Origin: Paramecium tetraurelia
Lineage: Eukaryota
Direction: 5' to 3'
Assembly: GCA_000165425.1 (NCBI GenBank)
Contig: CT868541.1
Location: 288,096-352,095, forward strand
DNA length: 64,000 nt
This document shows, in pieces, positions 14,523 to 27,300 of the stretch. The position numbers and the translations under genes were made by a program. How positions within the stretch are numbered: position 1 is the first letter of the stretch; each line of letters opens with the position of its first letter. Under the pieces are notes generated by a model, which saw only the letters and a program-made list of their open reading frames with translations, searched no databases and was not told where the DNA came from.

Positions 14523-14798
14523 TCCAATTATTTTAAATATAAGTATTGATATATATTATGATATATCTCCATAATCTTTAGTTTTATTTAGTTTATCTCA
14601 ACATTATAGTCAAACAAATAGAGATTAAATTTATTCTATTAATGATTTAATTATAAGAATTGGAGTTTAGGCTAATAAGAGCGAAGAAAGGCCTAGTCTT
14701 GATTTCTTACGCATTTAAAATTACTTTGAGAATGATGGTAATAAAAAAATCACATTTAAAGTGAATGGCAAATTGATTAATTATTTAAATCATAAAAT

Positions 14799-16800
14799 AT
14801 GTAATAAATTTAGGAAGAACTTGCCAATCTCAAGTTAGATTCAAATACCACCGGCTTTATCTATTGCGAGGACTTTGATAAACACTTTTCCAATAAAAAA
14901 CATTTCGAAAATCCAAAACGAACTTAATCCATAGATTAAACCATTTAAAATTATTTATATTAACATGATGCAAGAAAAAAGGTGGAATAGTTGTCATAGT
15001 TTAATTAATGGTACTAAGTTTGTTTATTTTTATAAGCGAAATCGAGTACTTGAGATTAGTTTATGATTAAGCTTACATAGATTTTGTTGAGGGATTATTT
15101 GAAGAGGTAGGAGATCAAAAGAATCAGAAGGAAGTTGTTCACTTGAGTGATACTTATTTGTGCAAAACATCAGCCTTTACTGCTAGAAAATGTGTCTAAG
15201 CAGTCTTAGAGGGAGTTGATAAGATATTAACAAAAGAATGGAGGAATGCATTTTGCAGTGTTAGACCTCCTGGTCATCACAGTGGACATAAAGCATAACC
15301 AACTGGTTTTTGTATTTATAATAATGTTGCTATTGCTGCAAAATACGCAAGATTAAAACATAAAGTCAATAAAATAGTTATCTTTGATTGGGATGTCCAT
15401 CATTGTGATGGAACAGAGTTTGTATTTTATGAAGATCCAAACACATTAGTGATTTCAATTCATAGATATGATCAAGGTAACTTTTATCCCAGAAGTGGGG
15501 ATCCTGAAAAAATAGGAGGAAAAAATGCAGAATTTAAAAATGTTAATGTTGGATGGAATGTAACCGATGGACCTGCTCCAGGATATGATGACTATGTCTA
15601 CGCATTTGATAGATTACTTGGTCCGATCATCAAGGAATTTGCACCAGATTTCATTATCATAAGTGCTGGTTATGATTCAGCCAAAGGAGATCCTCTTGGC
15701 TGTATTGATAATACTCCCTAAGGCTATTAATACATGACTGAAAAGTTATCCTAAATCTGTCCTAAAGTCTTGGCTGTTTTGGAAGGAGGATACAACTTAG
15801 ATGTTACTGCTGAATGTGCTTTAGCTACACTTTAATAATTGATGGGATTACCTTAAGATTTTCCAGCCACAATTGAACCAACTAAATGCGGAGTCAGTGC
15901 AGTCACAACCACAGTTGATAAGCATAAGGAATTTTGGACTTGTCTTACTTCAAATGATTTGATGGAATATTAAAAAAAGTATATAGGATAAACTGCTGAT
16001 TTAATTTCAGGAGGACATTTACAATCATTTCAAATTAAAGATGATATCATTATCAAGACCACAAAAAAAGGAGAATTCTAATTCTATTCAACACTAAATG
16101 ATAAAACCAATCCATTCTATGAAGAAAATCAAAGACTTATTCGATTCATGCCTAAATTGATTTCTCTTGATTAATAATCCTGTTCGATAACCATGGTATT
16201 TTTGTGTTATTATTCAATGATAGGAAAATCTAACTTATGGCCTAGAGAATGGATCTATTATTGACTTAAAGATAGGCTACAAAACATATAATCCAAATGG
16301 GTCAGCATTAAAAAGAGAAAAAGAAATTAAGAAGGCTAAACAATGCGACCAGTTAATTATGGGTTTTAGAATTGCTGGGGTTAAAGTAAGAGATTAGATT
16401 GGAGCACTGACTGTCAATAAGAATGGATCTGATGCTTATAAATGGATAAGAAATGATAAATAAATGAAAGACATTATTGAGTAGGTTTTCAAATCGAATT
16501 ATGTCGAATAACCTAATAAAGAGGCACTCCAAGGTTCTATTAAGTTTATCTAGGAATTAATTGAAGCACTTCAAAAAAGCAAGAGGTAATGTATTAAAAT
16601 ATTGTAGAGTTTTTCGAAATACTTCTATTCTTATCATTGTGGATAACATGGCCAAAAAGTTTAGAATCAAATGGATTGATTTCAATTATGTTATGAAGTT
16701 ATCAGATGATAGTGAAAATCCTGATGCACAAGTGGATAATAATATATTAGGAGGACTCAAATATTTATTATCAATGTTAAGATAAATAGATTCGAAATGA
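14799..16800 (+). CDS. Class II histone deacetylase fused to a C-terminal inositol polyphosphate kinase domain (THD2-like)
   Basis: HDAC motifs RPPGHH, GFCIYNN, DWDVHH, SAGYD..GD, LEGGY; IPK motifs MENLT, IIDLKIG, MGFRIAG, TSILI, WIDF in one frame after three small introns. Confidence 0.9.
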
Positions 16801-16963
16801 TCCCATTAATATGTTGTGAAAGAGAAAGTTATTAAGAGGCTATCTTAATTTATTAATATTTATCCAAATTTGTAGAAATTTCTTTCTTCCCTTCTGATTT
16901 TAAACAGATTGTGCAATTATTTGAAATCTGAATTATTTATTAATTAATGGAGCATCGTTCGTA

Positions 16964-18502
16964 ATGATTTCTTTAATTAATTTCAATCCTGCAGACAAGA
17001 ATTGCATTATTGATAGTCCTAGGTCAATTCAGGTCATTAGACAAAGAGGAATAGTTTTAAATGAGTTATTTTGCATCAATAAAGAGTAACTCTAAGCAAT
17101 GGCAAAAAAGGAGAAATCATTAACAAATGAGAATTTAGATGATTTTCATAAACACTTTGAATATAGAAGACAATAAAAAGTCTATGCATTAATAAAGGAC
17201 AGAGAGGCCTTGATAGAAAAAGAAAAAAGAGGTAAGATTGAATAAAGTGCTTGCAGTTTGAAACTGCTCAGACCAGCAAGTAGTACAACTACTTCAAAAT
17301 TTATGGATCAAGTTCAAAAGAGAAAATAGATGGAGGAACTAAGACAAAGGCATTTACAAGAGATGATGTTAAAGCGAGAGGAATAGACCTAAGTAAGGGA
17401 AGAGAAGATGTAATTATATGAAGAAAAGAGAAAAAGGATGTAGGAGGAGAGATAACAAGAGTTTTAAGAGAAATAAGAAAATATTGCCAAATAAAAAAGA
17501 TAAAAAGAATTAGAGGAATAAAAAAAAAATAAATAATTGTAATAAGTCTATTTTGAAAGAGAACAAGAACGTAAAATGCAATTAGAGTTTGAGGAACAAT
17601 AAAGAAAAGAATAAGCAGCCCTTAGAGATTCATAACAGAGAGAACTGAAATAATAATTAGAAAAAGAAAAAAAAATGAAAGATAAATAGAAGGAATAAGA
17701 ATACTTGATTAGAAAATAGGAAGAGGAAGACTAAGAACTTAAAAGATAAATGTTCTTTTAATAGTAATAAGAATCAAAAAAGTAAGTTGCTTAAAAAAGA
17801 GCTTTGTCTGCTAAGGAAAGGTAAAGAGATGCTTAAAAGAGTTAAATTGATGGTTTGAAGAAATTAAGAGAGGACTTTTTAAAAAAAGAAGAAAAAATTG
17901 CTGAGAAGTAATATAAATTTTAAGAATTATAAAAAGAAAGGTAATTATCGATTGAAGAGAAAAACAGAATAAAAAATGAAAAAATTAAACATACAGCTAA
18001 ACTAAAAGAGCATGAACAACAAGAAGTAAGAAGAGAATTTATGGAAAAGGAGATGGATATTTAACTAAGATTATAATAGAGAAGCCAATCAAATCCTAAG
18101 GAATAATACATGTAAGAAGAAGCAGATAGGAGGGCTAAACATAGAGAAAAAGTTAAGAAAATGAATATGTTATAATTAGAAGAGAAAAGAAAAGTGTATT
18201 TACAAAAAATTTAAGAATAAGATGAAAAGGTATAATAAATTAATAAATTATAGATTGAAAAAGTAAAAAATGAATAAGAGGTTATGTTCTAAGAATAGGC
18301 ATATATGAAGTTAAAGAAAAAATTAGATTAACAAGAGGCAATCAAACATTAAAAGTAATTGGAAGAATACAAAAGAGAGCAAATTAGAGAAAAATTAAAG
18401 TAAGTGGATTTGAGAATGGATTAAAAGAAGGAAGAGCAAAGAGAAGTAGATAGGTTAAGAGACCAAGCAAACAGAGTCGAGATGATGGGAAAAAAATAAT
18501 GA
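16964..18502 (+). CDS. E/K/Q-rich coiled-coil protein
   Basis: MISLINFNPADKNCIIDSPRSIQVIRQRGIVLNEL followed by a long charged coiled coil; start site uncertain. Confidence 0.75.
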
Positions 18503-18849
18503 TTTTATATTTAACTTTCATTATCGATTTATATATTCACTCTTATTGCACTTATTTTTAGAAGTAGTTGTAATAAAACTATTCAGCAGCCACAGGTTTT
18601 AGTAATTTAGGATTATTGTACAATCAATTGATTATAGCTGGGTTTATTAGAATTATTAAATTTTAGAGAGTTGGTTTCTAATTTAGAACAAGATGTTATT
18701 ATTTCATTTTAATAGATCAATTATATTTTCTAAGCATTGCCTATTCATAATGAAAATTGATTTTAAAGAATATTGATTTTTTCTTAATGTATATTTTTGA
18801 TATTATTATTTGGACCATAAAATAATAAGATATATGCATATTATTCATT

Positions 18850-19195
18850 TCATCCTTCGACCTTTGCCATCATTTCAAGAACTTACTCTATGAGTACTTA
18901 GAACTCATCAATTGATAATTTTCCATCTCCGTTATCATCCAATTCTTTTAAAACTTCATCAATTTCTTCACTTGTGGGTGGCTTTAATATTCTTAAATAT
19001 CATACTTCAACTCCTAAATCAGCTGCTACATTATTCATAACCTCTTCCAATTCTGGTCTTTCAAGGTAACCGCTTCCTATAGTTTAAATGTATATCATAG
19101 TTACCATCTTTATCCACCTATTTGAATGCACTTTCAGCCACAAATCGAACCTTTTTCTTATCCTTTAATATATCCTTTACTGATCCATTGTTCAT
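18850..19195 (-). CDS. Small two-EF-hand calcium-binding protein
   Basis: DKDGSGYLERPE and DDNGDGKLSIDE EF-hand loops; two tiny introns. Confidence 0.9.
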
Positions 19196-19396
19196 TTTAT
19201 ATTTTTATATTTTAATTAATAAGTAAATACTCTTTTCAGATGGATAAAACAAACAAGAAATCCCGTCTTTATTAATCTACCATATTACCAAAGTGAACAA
19301 AAAGAATAACTATTCTTCAAGAACTTATGCTTAAATAAAAATAATTTATAGAACTAGAATATAAAATGAATGATTTTTAGTATATAAATTATTTGA

Positions 19397-22276
19397 TCAT
19401 TTAAAAGTAAGAGATTTTGGATAAATTAGAGCTTTCCTTCTTTCAAATTTTCTAAATGGACCTTAAAATAAGTTGAATTATTACTTATTAATTTATTATC
19501 ACTTTTTTCATCATCAGAATCTTTAATTTTTCTATTTTGATAACTTTCAGCTCTTTGTTTCAGTAAGTCTTTCTTAAAAAGATAAATAAAGTCAAGAGGG
19601 AACAGTAGGTATTTGCTTAGTCTTTTGATTATATCTAAATATAGTCTTGAATGTTCATATTTGCAATTTAATTATTCAATAACATTACTAATATTCCAAA
19701 GTCTGTCAAATTTTCTGAATTTCTTAACAATCTCAAAATTGCCTATTTCTAAATCAGCTTAACTCTAGTTTTCAAGAGTTTTGTATAAAATGAATAATTC
19801 TATTTATTATTTTTATGGGTATTTTTGGATATTGATCATTTTTAATTGTAGGTCCTTTAATATATCAGGTTCTTTGATAAATGGCGAGATGTCTTGATTA
19901 TTACGAAAAGTTAATGAGAGATTATTACCGAATTTATCATAAGTTTTCCCTTAGCTAGTTTTTATAGTTTCAAGTAAATAGTTTTATTTCTATGGCCGAT
20001 AAACTTCATTATCCTTTGGAGACTCAAATATTTTTTGACTAGAATTTAATGGCTTTATTAATGCTTCATAAGTGAGTTCTGGGAAATATTGTTCAATTTC
20101 CTTTTCAAACTCCTATTAGATTAATTTGCAAGAAGTTTCTAGACTCTCTTATTGAATCATGGTCTGAAATTTTTATAATCTATTAGATCTTTTAACTTTA
20201 ATTCTGGGTTGATTATCAACCAGCAAATAAGTCTTAATTGATTTCTCTTTATCAGCCACATAATGTACTAATTTGCATGATTCAAAAGAATGTTTTGTGC
20301 TTTTGCAGATATAACAATAATGAAATTTAGTTATCTATTTCTTGATCTAAATCTTTTCAAAGTCACTCTTGCTTTTTTTAATGGCATCTGTTAAAATTTA
20401 ATATGGAATACATAAAACACTGGTATAAGTAGTTGTTTAATAAGTAATATCAAGATTATATTGATTATTAATATATTCTTGAAATCCAAATTGATCAAAG
20501 TCCTTTAAGTCAGAGATTTTGGTCTATGTAAAAATAGCATAAATACTTTATTGTATATTACTTCTATATTTCCTCTCTCAATCACGAATACTCCATTGTT
20601 AGAAGGAGTAATTTAAATTAGTGTTCCTGGCTAGAAGGAAGTAAATTGAACTCGTTAAATGATGTATTAAATAGTGGATTTTGCAAAATGTTGCTTAAAA
20701 AATGTGCATTTATTGACAAGCTATCTAGCCTATTCTAATTTAAGCTAATATTATAATTCATCAGGTAACTCCTTAATTAATAATTGCTATTCATTTTTCT
20801 TTTAGATTATGTCTTATTCCCAATAGAAGGTGCAGAACTCTCTAATCCTAAAATATATTTCACGTCTACTTATATTGCAATTACTGACTGATATTCTTAT
20901 CCTTTAAAAATTCATTCATGCACGTCATCTTCTATCTGAATATCTCATTCTTCTCTTTAAGTAAAGTAAGAATGGCTCCTATAGTGTTTACTGAATAAGA
21001 TAATTATAAAGTAGAGAGAAACATATAGCAAATACAAAACACTTTCTCTAATGAATTTTAGGGATTAATGTCACCGTATCCAACAGTAAACATGGTGACA
21101 CTCATAAAATAAAATGCTTCCAAATATTGAACTTCCCAACTTTCAAGGTAAACCTTATAAATCCAAGTTTAGTGATGTTGCGATATTTAATTAATTCCGA
21201 TAATCAACCTAATAAAGTTATTATCTATACCATACACATGAACATAAATGTTAGATTAACAAAATTAAACCTACTAATTTTATCAGGTCTATAACAGATG
21301 ACATTTCCTTATTTGGTTTATAATAATATTAGATATTGTTCATAAATTTGACTACATTCTTGATTTGAATCAAAAATAATATTAAGAGTAATTTAATCCA
21401 ACCATTTTAATCCAAAATTGAGTGATTAAATCCAGGATCATTAAAAATAATGGACAAATAGATTCCAATAAAAATGCTACAAACTTCAAATAAATTGCTT
21501 AATTTTATTTGTCTTTTAATTAACAGATAGCGGTTATCGACAGGATATCCTTTATCATATACAATGGTAATACACCTTAGAAATAGATCAAGCAAAAGTA
21601 GAACACTTGAAAATAGAATCATTATTCGATTTTTAGACTCTAATTGCTGATTTTAAAATACCATAATAATTGGAATGGAAATAATCAAATAGATTCTTAT
21701 TATATTCAATAATATATCCCAAATAAATAGCTTCTAACTCTCAGGTTCAATTAATGGTATTTATTAATACTGATAGTGAAGATATTCAAATAATCTTTTT
21801 TTAAACTTTCTCAATTATAAACGCCATCTAAATTAAAAATCAATAGCTCTTAAATTTTGTTAAACAAAATGTTTAGTAGTTTATTTTTTAGTTTATAGGT
21901 TATTATTAAAAAACGATGCCTTGTCATTAATCATATTAAATTATTCAATAGAAAACTTCGAGCATGGTTTTATGAGAGAAATCAGTCTATTGGCAAATTT
22001 CATAGAATGGCAATATATTAGCAATTTGGAAAATTGTTTTTACCTAGCTATTGTAGTAATCATTTAATTCTTATCTGATAGATTCTAAGACGACAATGAG
22101 TCCTTTCTTTTTTAGAATGATTCTTAAGCAAATGAACTATCAAATTTCAACAAAGTTTATTTATTTGATGAACTTATTAATTGTTCTGCTTGAGGACTTC
22201 TTATGATTGAATGATCAAGGCTTCTTTCTATTTCTAGTCCATTCTCTTAGATAATTAACTCACATTTATTATTCAT
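19397..22276 (-). CDS. Voltage/cyclic nucleotide-gated K+ channel family protein
   Basis: TM segments, pore YFMSVTMFTVGYGDINP, C-linker and cNMP-binding-like region, HFVADKEKSI-type tail common in ciliate channels. Confidence 0.88.
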
Positions 22277-22476
22277 ATTGTTAAATTAATAATAAATTCA
22301 AATATGTATTATGATAACATATGTCTATAAATTTATCATTCGCTTTTCCGATCAAATACAATATGAGTTCTTGTTTTGAAACAATACACTTTACGTTCGA
22401 TACTCAATAAAATTGCAAATAATTAAGAATAATTCTAAATTTTAGAATTATTATTTATTTCAAGAATTTATTTATT

Positions 22477-22737
22477 ATGTAGGATCATTTTCTTTTAAGA
22501 GTGATGAATTTAGAATAAGCATTGAAATAGGAATGGGATTCGACTTATTGGATTTGGGGTTTATTGATATTCTTATGTTTGATGGGCTAAGTGCTTTGTG
22601 TTTACATGCTTGCCTAACCAGACACACCAAAGGAGAATTCAGATTATCACGTTTAGGAAGAAACTCCATAAATGGATCATGAAAAATAACCTGAATAAGA
22701 GAAGCTTTTGCAGACTAATGAATAATAAGAATAATGA
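22477..22737 (+). CDS. Hypothetical single-pass membrane microprotein (86 aa)
   Basis: MQDHFLLRVMNLEQALKQEWDSTYWIWGLLIFLCLMGQVLCVYMLAQ then an acidic tail; intronless table-6 ORF. Confidence 0.6.
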
Positions 22738-22989
22738 AAAACGATAATTATAAATAATTGATTGCCTTTATAAGCATAATTTTTGTTATTTCCCCTAAAC
22801 TTATACTGCCATGACCTGATATCTTTTTGCATAGTATGAATTCAACAAAAAGTGGCAATTAAAATATCACCGTAAAATAATAAAGCATCGATTGAGAAAT
22901 CAAAGCAGTTATTAAAATTAATATTAAATCTTTGACATGTATGTGATTTGAGAAAAATCTATTTTCAATTTATTTATATATATTAAAAA

Positions 22990-24131
22990 ATGGATCAAAA
23001 GAAAACCAGATAAAGTAAGAAGAAGTAGAGTCCCGAGAAGAAGGAGGAAGTCTAAGAGAAGGAAGTTGTTAAATCCAAAGGAAAATAATAGAAGGGTGCC
23101 AAGAATGCTGGAGATAATGAAGATAAAAAAGGAGAATAGAAAATAGAGAAATAACAGGTAGTGAAGGGAGAGGATAAAAAAGCAAAATAAGTGCAACAAG
23201 GAGATTCAAAATTTGAATTGGGGGATGGGAGATTTAGTACTCCAACTGTAAAAATTGCTAGTTGGAATGTTAATGGAATCAGAGCAGCTACGAAACGAGA
23301 ATAGGCTGTTAAATACTTACAGGATACTAAGGTTAATTTATTAATTATAAACTTAAGTTTGATGTCATTTGTTTGAATGAACTCAAAGCTGATTAGGCTG
23401 TATTTGACAAAGAAAACTTAGGCGCTTAATTTGGAAAACATTATTTTCTTTATCTTAATTTCTGTAAGAATAAGGGTGGATACAGTGGAGTCGCTATAGC
23501 TTCGAAGTACTAATTACACTAATTATTAGAGTGAAACCTATATCCGTCAAGTGTGATATTGGTATTAGTAAACATGATCAAGAAGGAAGAACACTCACAG
23601 CTGAATACGAAAGGTTTTATTTAGTTGCATGCTATGTTCCAAATGCAGGTTAGAAATTAGAAAGACTTGACTATAGAACCAAGGAGTGGGATGTTGATTT
23701 CCAAAACTATCTTGAAGATTTGAGGAAGAAAAAACCAACTATTCTATGTGGTGATCTTAATGTATCTCATCATGAAATAGATCTGGCTAATCCAGCTGGC
23801 AATAAAAAGACTGCAGGGTATCTCAATTAATCTATTTAAGATTTACCCAAGAGGAAAGAGATCAGTTTACAAATTATTTGCAAAAAGGATGGGTCGACTC
23901 ATTCAGACATTTGCATCCAAAAGAAGTCAAATATAGTTATTTTAGTGCTAGATTCAATAGCAAGTTTAAATAAATGTTAATTTTAGACAATCAAACAAGG
24001 GGTGGAGATTGGATTATTTTATAATCAACAAAGAATCTACTGATGCCATCATTATGTCTGATATCAATACAGCAGTTGAGGGAAGTGATCATGTTCCAAT
24101 TGAATGTGAAGTTGACCTTAGAAAATTATGA
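22990..24131 (+). CDS. APEX1: AP endonuclease / exodeoxyribonuclease III family
   Basis: [50 protein letters not shown]; acidic N-terminal extension. Confidence 0.93.
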
Positions 24132-24339
24132 TAGAAATATTTACAATATATATAGAATAATATTCAAATATAGACCTACCATAATCTATTGAGTTTAACT
24201 TCAATTTATGATATTAATGTTTGCTCATACTTTCAACTAATTGCAGGTATATTACTATATAATAGAGATTAAATTAATATATTAATCTTGCATTCCCCAT
24301 TATTATTAATAAAATTTAGTGTATGTACATAGAAAAAAA

Positions 24340-27300
24340 ATGTAATTATTTCTCATATCCATAGAATAGGCATACACTAAATTCATAAATAAAAATAATT
24401 GGGAAGAGGCTCTTGCATCCGATTATGATTAGGCTGAAAAATTGGAAGCCTTTTTTCTGAGATATCATAGAGGACCCTAAGAATTGAAAATGGCTATAGA
24501 TAATGTAACTCTCAAATATTTTCCCACTCTATTATAATGTTGCCTTGAAAGTTTGGTATTCTTATCAAAACCGAACAAAAAAAAATATAGTGGTTATATA
24601 GATCAAATTTTGGGGTCAACTCACTTTTATAATTTATTCTCTAAAGAGCTTCAAATTATGAACGCAAAGCTTGGTTGGGGGGATGATGATGTAACAAGAT
24701 ACCAAAAGTTTATTAATTATTTCTTAAAGGTTGTCCACAATTCATTAGAATTATAATTGTAATAGCTCCCAAAATATGTAAATCTCTTAAGAGAAACAGT
24801 TTCTAACTTAGAGAAAAGAAACTCAAAATTCACTCAAGTGCTCAGGGATATTAAAGATTTATATGATAAACTAACAAATCCTCAACCATCATCTATTTAT
24901 TAACCAAAGCCCTAAAATGTTGTCAATTAAGGAACGAATTAACAATAAACCCAGGAACCTTAGTATCGACCTAGAAACTTTTAGGTGGAATTTCTAAAAG
25001 ATAACCGCCAAAACAATGTAAATTTACCTCAAAGCCAGAGTTATTAAAATAATCTACCTTAAATATAATAATAACAATTTGTTTAAATCCAACCGACATC
25101 AAATAATACATAATCAAATATATATTAACCAAGACTAAATTAAGCCAACAATATTTAAACCTATTAATAAAATAATATCTAAAACTCTAAGATTGATAAT
25201 AATAATTTGTAAGGATTTCAAACCTTACAATTTGATTCATAATCTTAAATACCGTAGAATCATCGTCCGCCTTTATAAACAAACACATAATAACAATATC
25301 AACATAATCAATAAACACCTCAATAATCATAAATATAGCAAAATTCATTTGTTCCTTACTAATCATTTCAAAACTAATAAATATAATAAAATCAATATCC
25401 GCCACCATAATAATAAATTCAGCAGAATCAAACTACGTCTCAATAATTAGATTCATACTATTAAAAATAGCAAAATCAACCCGAGTACTATTAACCAAAA
25501 TAATAGAAGTAACAAGAAGAGCAATGGGTAGAAAAGCCTCAAGTTTAACAGTTCAGAAGAAGCGATATCCCAAGATAATAAGATAACTAAAACAAATATT
25601 AGTAATAATATAGAGAAGATAATGGTTCACAGTACGAAGTTAAAAAAAATAGTGGTCCACAATATGAAGTTAAATAATATGATGTTCCACAGTATGAAGT
25701 TAAAAAGTCTAATGCACCGGAATACGAAGCTAAATAATATAATACACAGTATGAAGCTAAATAAAATAATGATCCGCAGTATGAAGCTAAATAATATAAT
25801 GCACAATAATATAATACACAACAGTATGATGAGAAACAATATAATTCATCATAGTGTGAAGTTAAATAATCCAATGCATCTCTATATGAAGCCAAACAAT
25901 ATAATGAACAAAAATATGAAGGCAAACAATATAATACACGACAGTATAATGATAAATAAGATAATGCACCGGAGTATGAAGTTAAAAAGCCTACAAAATT
26001 TTCAAGAAATTATGAAAATTCACAATAGGAATATAGAAGTAGTAATTAAGGATATCAAAATAAACCTATTAATATTGAAAATTATAAACCTAATATCGAA
26101 TATTATAACCAGATGAAGAATTTTTATTAATAGAATTAATCTAGTTATGAATAAAACAGACAAAAATAAACAGAATAAGCTTATGTAAGTTACAAGGATT
26201 GCTCTATAGAACCTATGGTTAAAGAATTTGAAACTGTTCCTAATAAAGATTTTGTATATGGTGGGTGTATTTTTGAGATTCCAATTGGATAGCCATTCAA
26301 AAGTAGAGAGTTGTTTTTGAATAATCACTTTTTTATTCTAAGAGAGGATTACTTAAAGAGTTTTAGAAATGTAGTTGCTAGATTAAAATAAAATCATTTT
26401 GAGGAATTAAGTTACGAGGTATTGTAAAATGCATTTTTATATTACAATGTTCTTATTGAAAATATTACTGTCACTAATAGAGGACTTCAATTTGCTGTTA
26501 CCATGAATGCATATGACGCAAGGAATAATAGTATAAATTGGGTAAAAACAACAAGACTTATGCCAGGTTCCTTACTCTTATTAGTAATTTCTATTATAAT
26601 ATTAAGTCAACCATAAAACTTGAATTTATGTTATTCGGAACTGTAGTAGAAAAGCCCAAGGCAGATAGAAATGGTAGAGTTGCTATTCTTCTTATATTGA
26701 TTGGTCTTTCCATTAAAGAATAATTAAAATTTGTGAATAGTTTATTAAGTCAAGGTAATATAACTAAAATATACAAGAACAAAATTTGGTAGCTATAGAG
26801 AACAAAACATATTTTGAAACATATACCCACTTTTTGAGTTGTTTGTAAATGATTGAGCCAAGTAGATTTCCCTTCGCTGAACAAATAGTGTTTGGTTCAA
26901 AAGTTATGCCTAGGCCAGGATATTTAGATAATCAGCAAGTGAGAAATGAAGGTATTGTTTATGATATTGATCTCAAATTTGACTTGCATCAATAAAAGCG
27001 AATTGGATAAAAGGAAAGAATAAATATAATGAGAGAATGGCCTAATGTTAATACTGAGAGTTTGGATGAATCTTAATTGTAAGCTATAAAGTCAATATTG
27101 AAAAATGGTATCTCATTGATTTAGGGGCCTCCAGGTACAGGGAAAACATTCTGTGGAGCCTTGGGTGTCAGAATATTATTAGAGAATCAGTATAAGTGGA
27201 ATTAAAACTATCAGTATCAAAATAAACCAATTTTGATTGTGTGTTAAACAAATCATGCTTTAGATTAGTTCTTGTCACACATGCTAACTTTTTGCAGAAT

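Noticed and set aside
22478..22510. taggatcattt resembling U3 snoRNA box A, followed by a box C-like gtgatga
   Set aside because: Lies at the start of a clean 86-codon membrane-protein ORF; the other U3 boxes are not convincingly present.
25187..26328. Stacked ORFs on both strands and a CRISPR-like periodicity
   Set aside because: Shadows of the Q/Y-rich coding repeat; units are degenerate and in-frame, with no unique spacers or cas genes, in a eukaryote.
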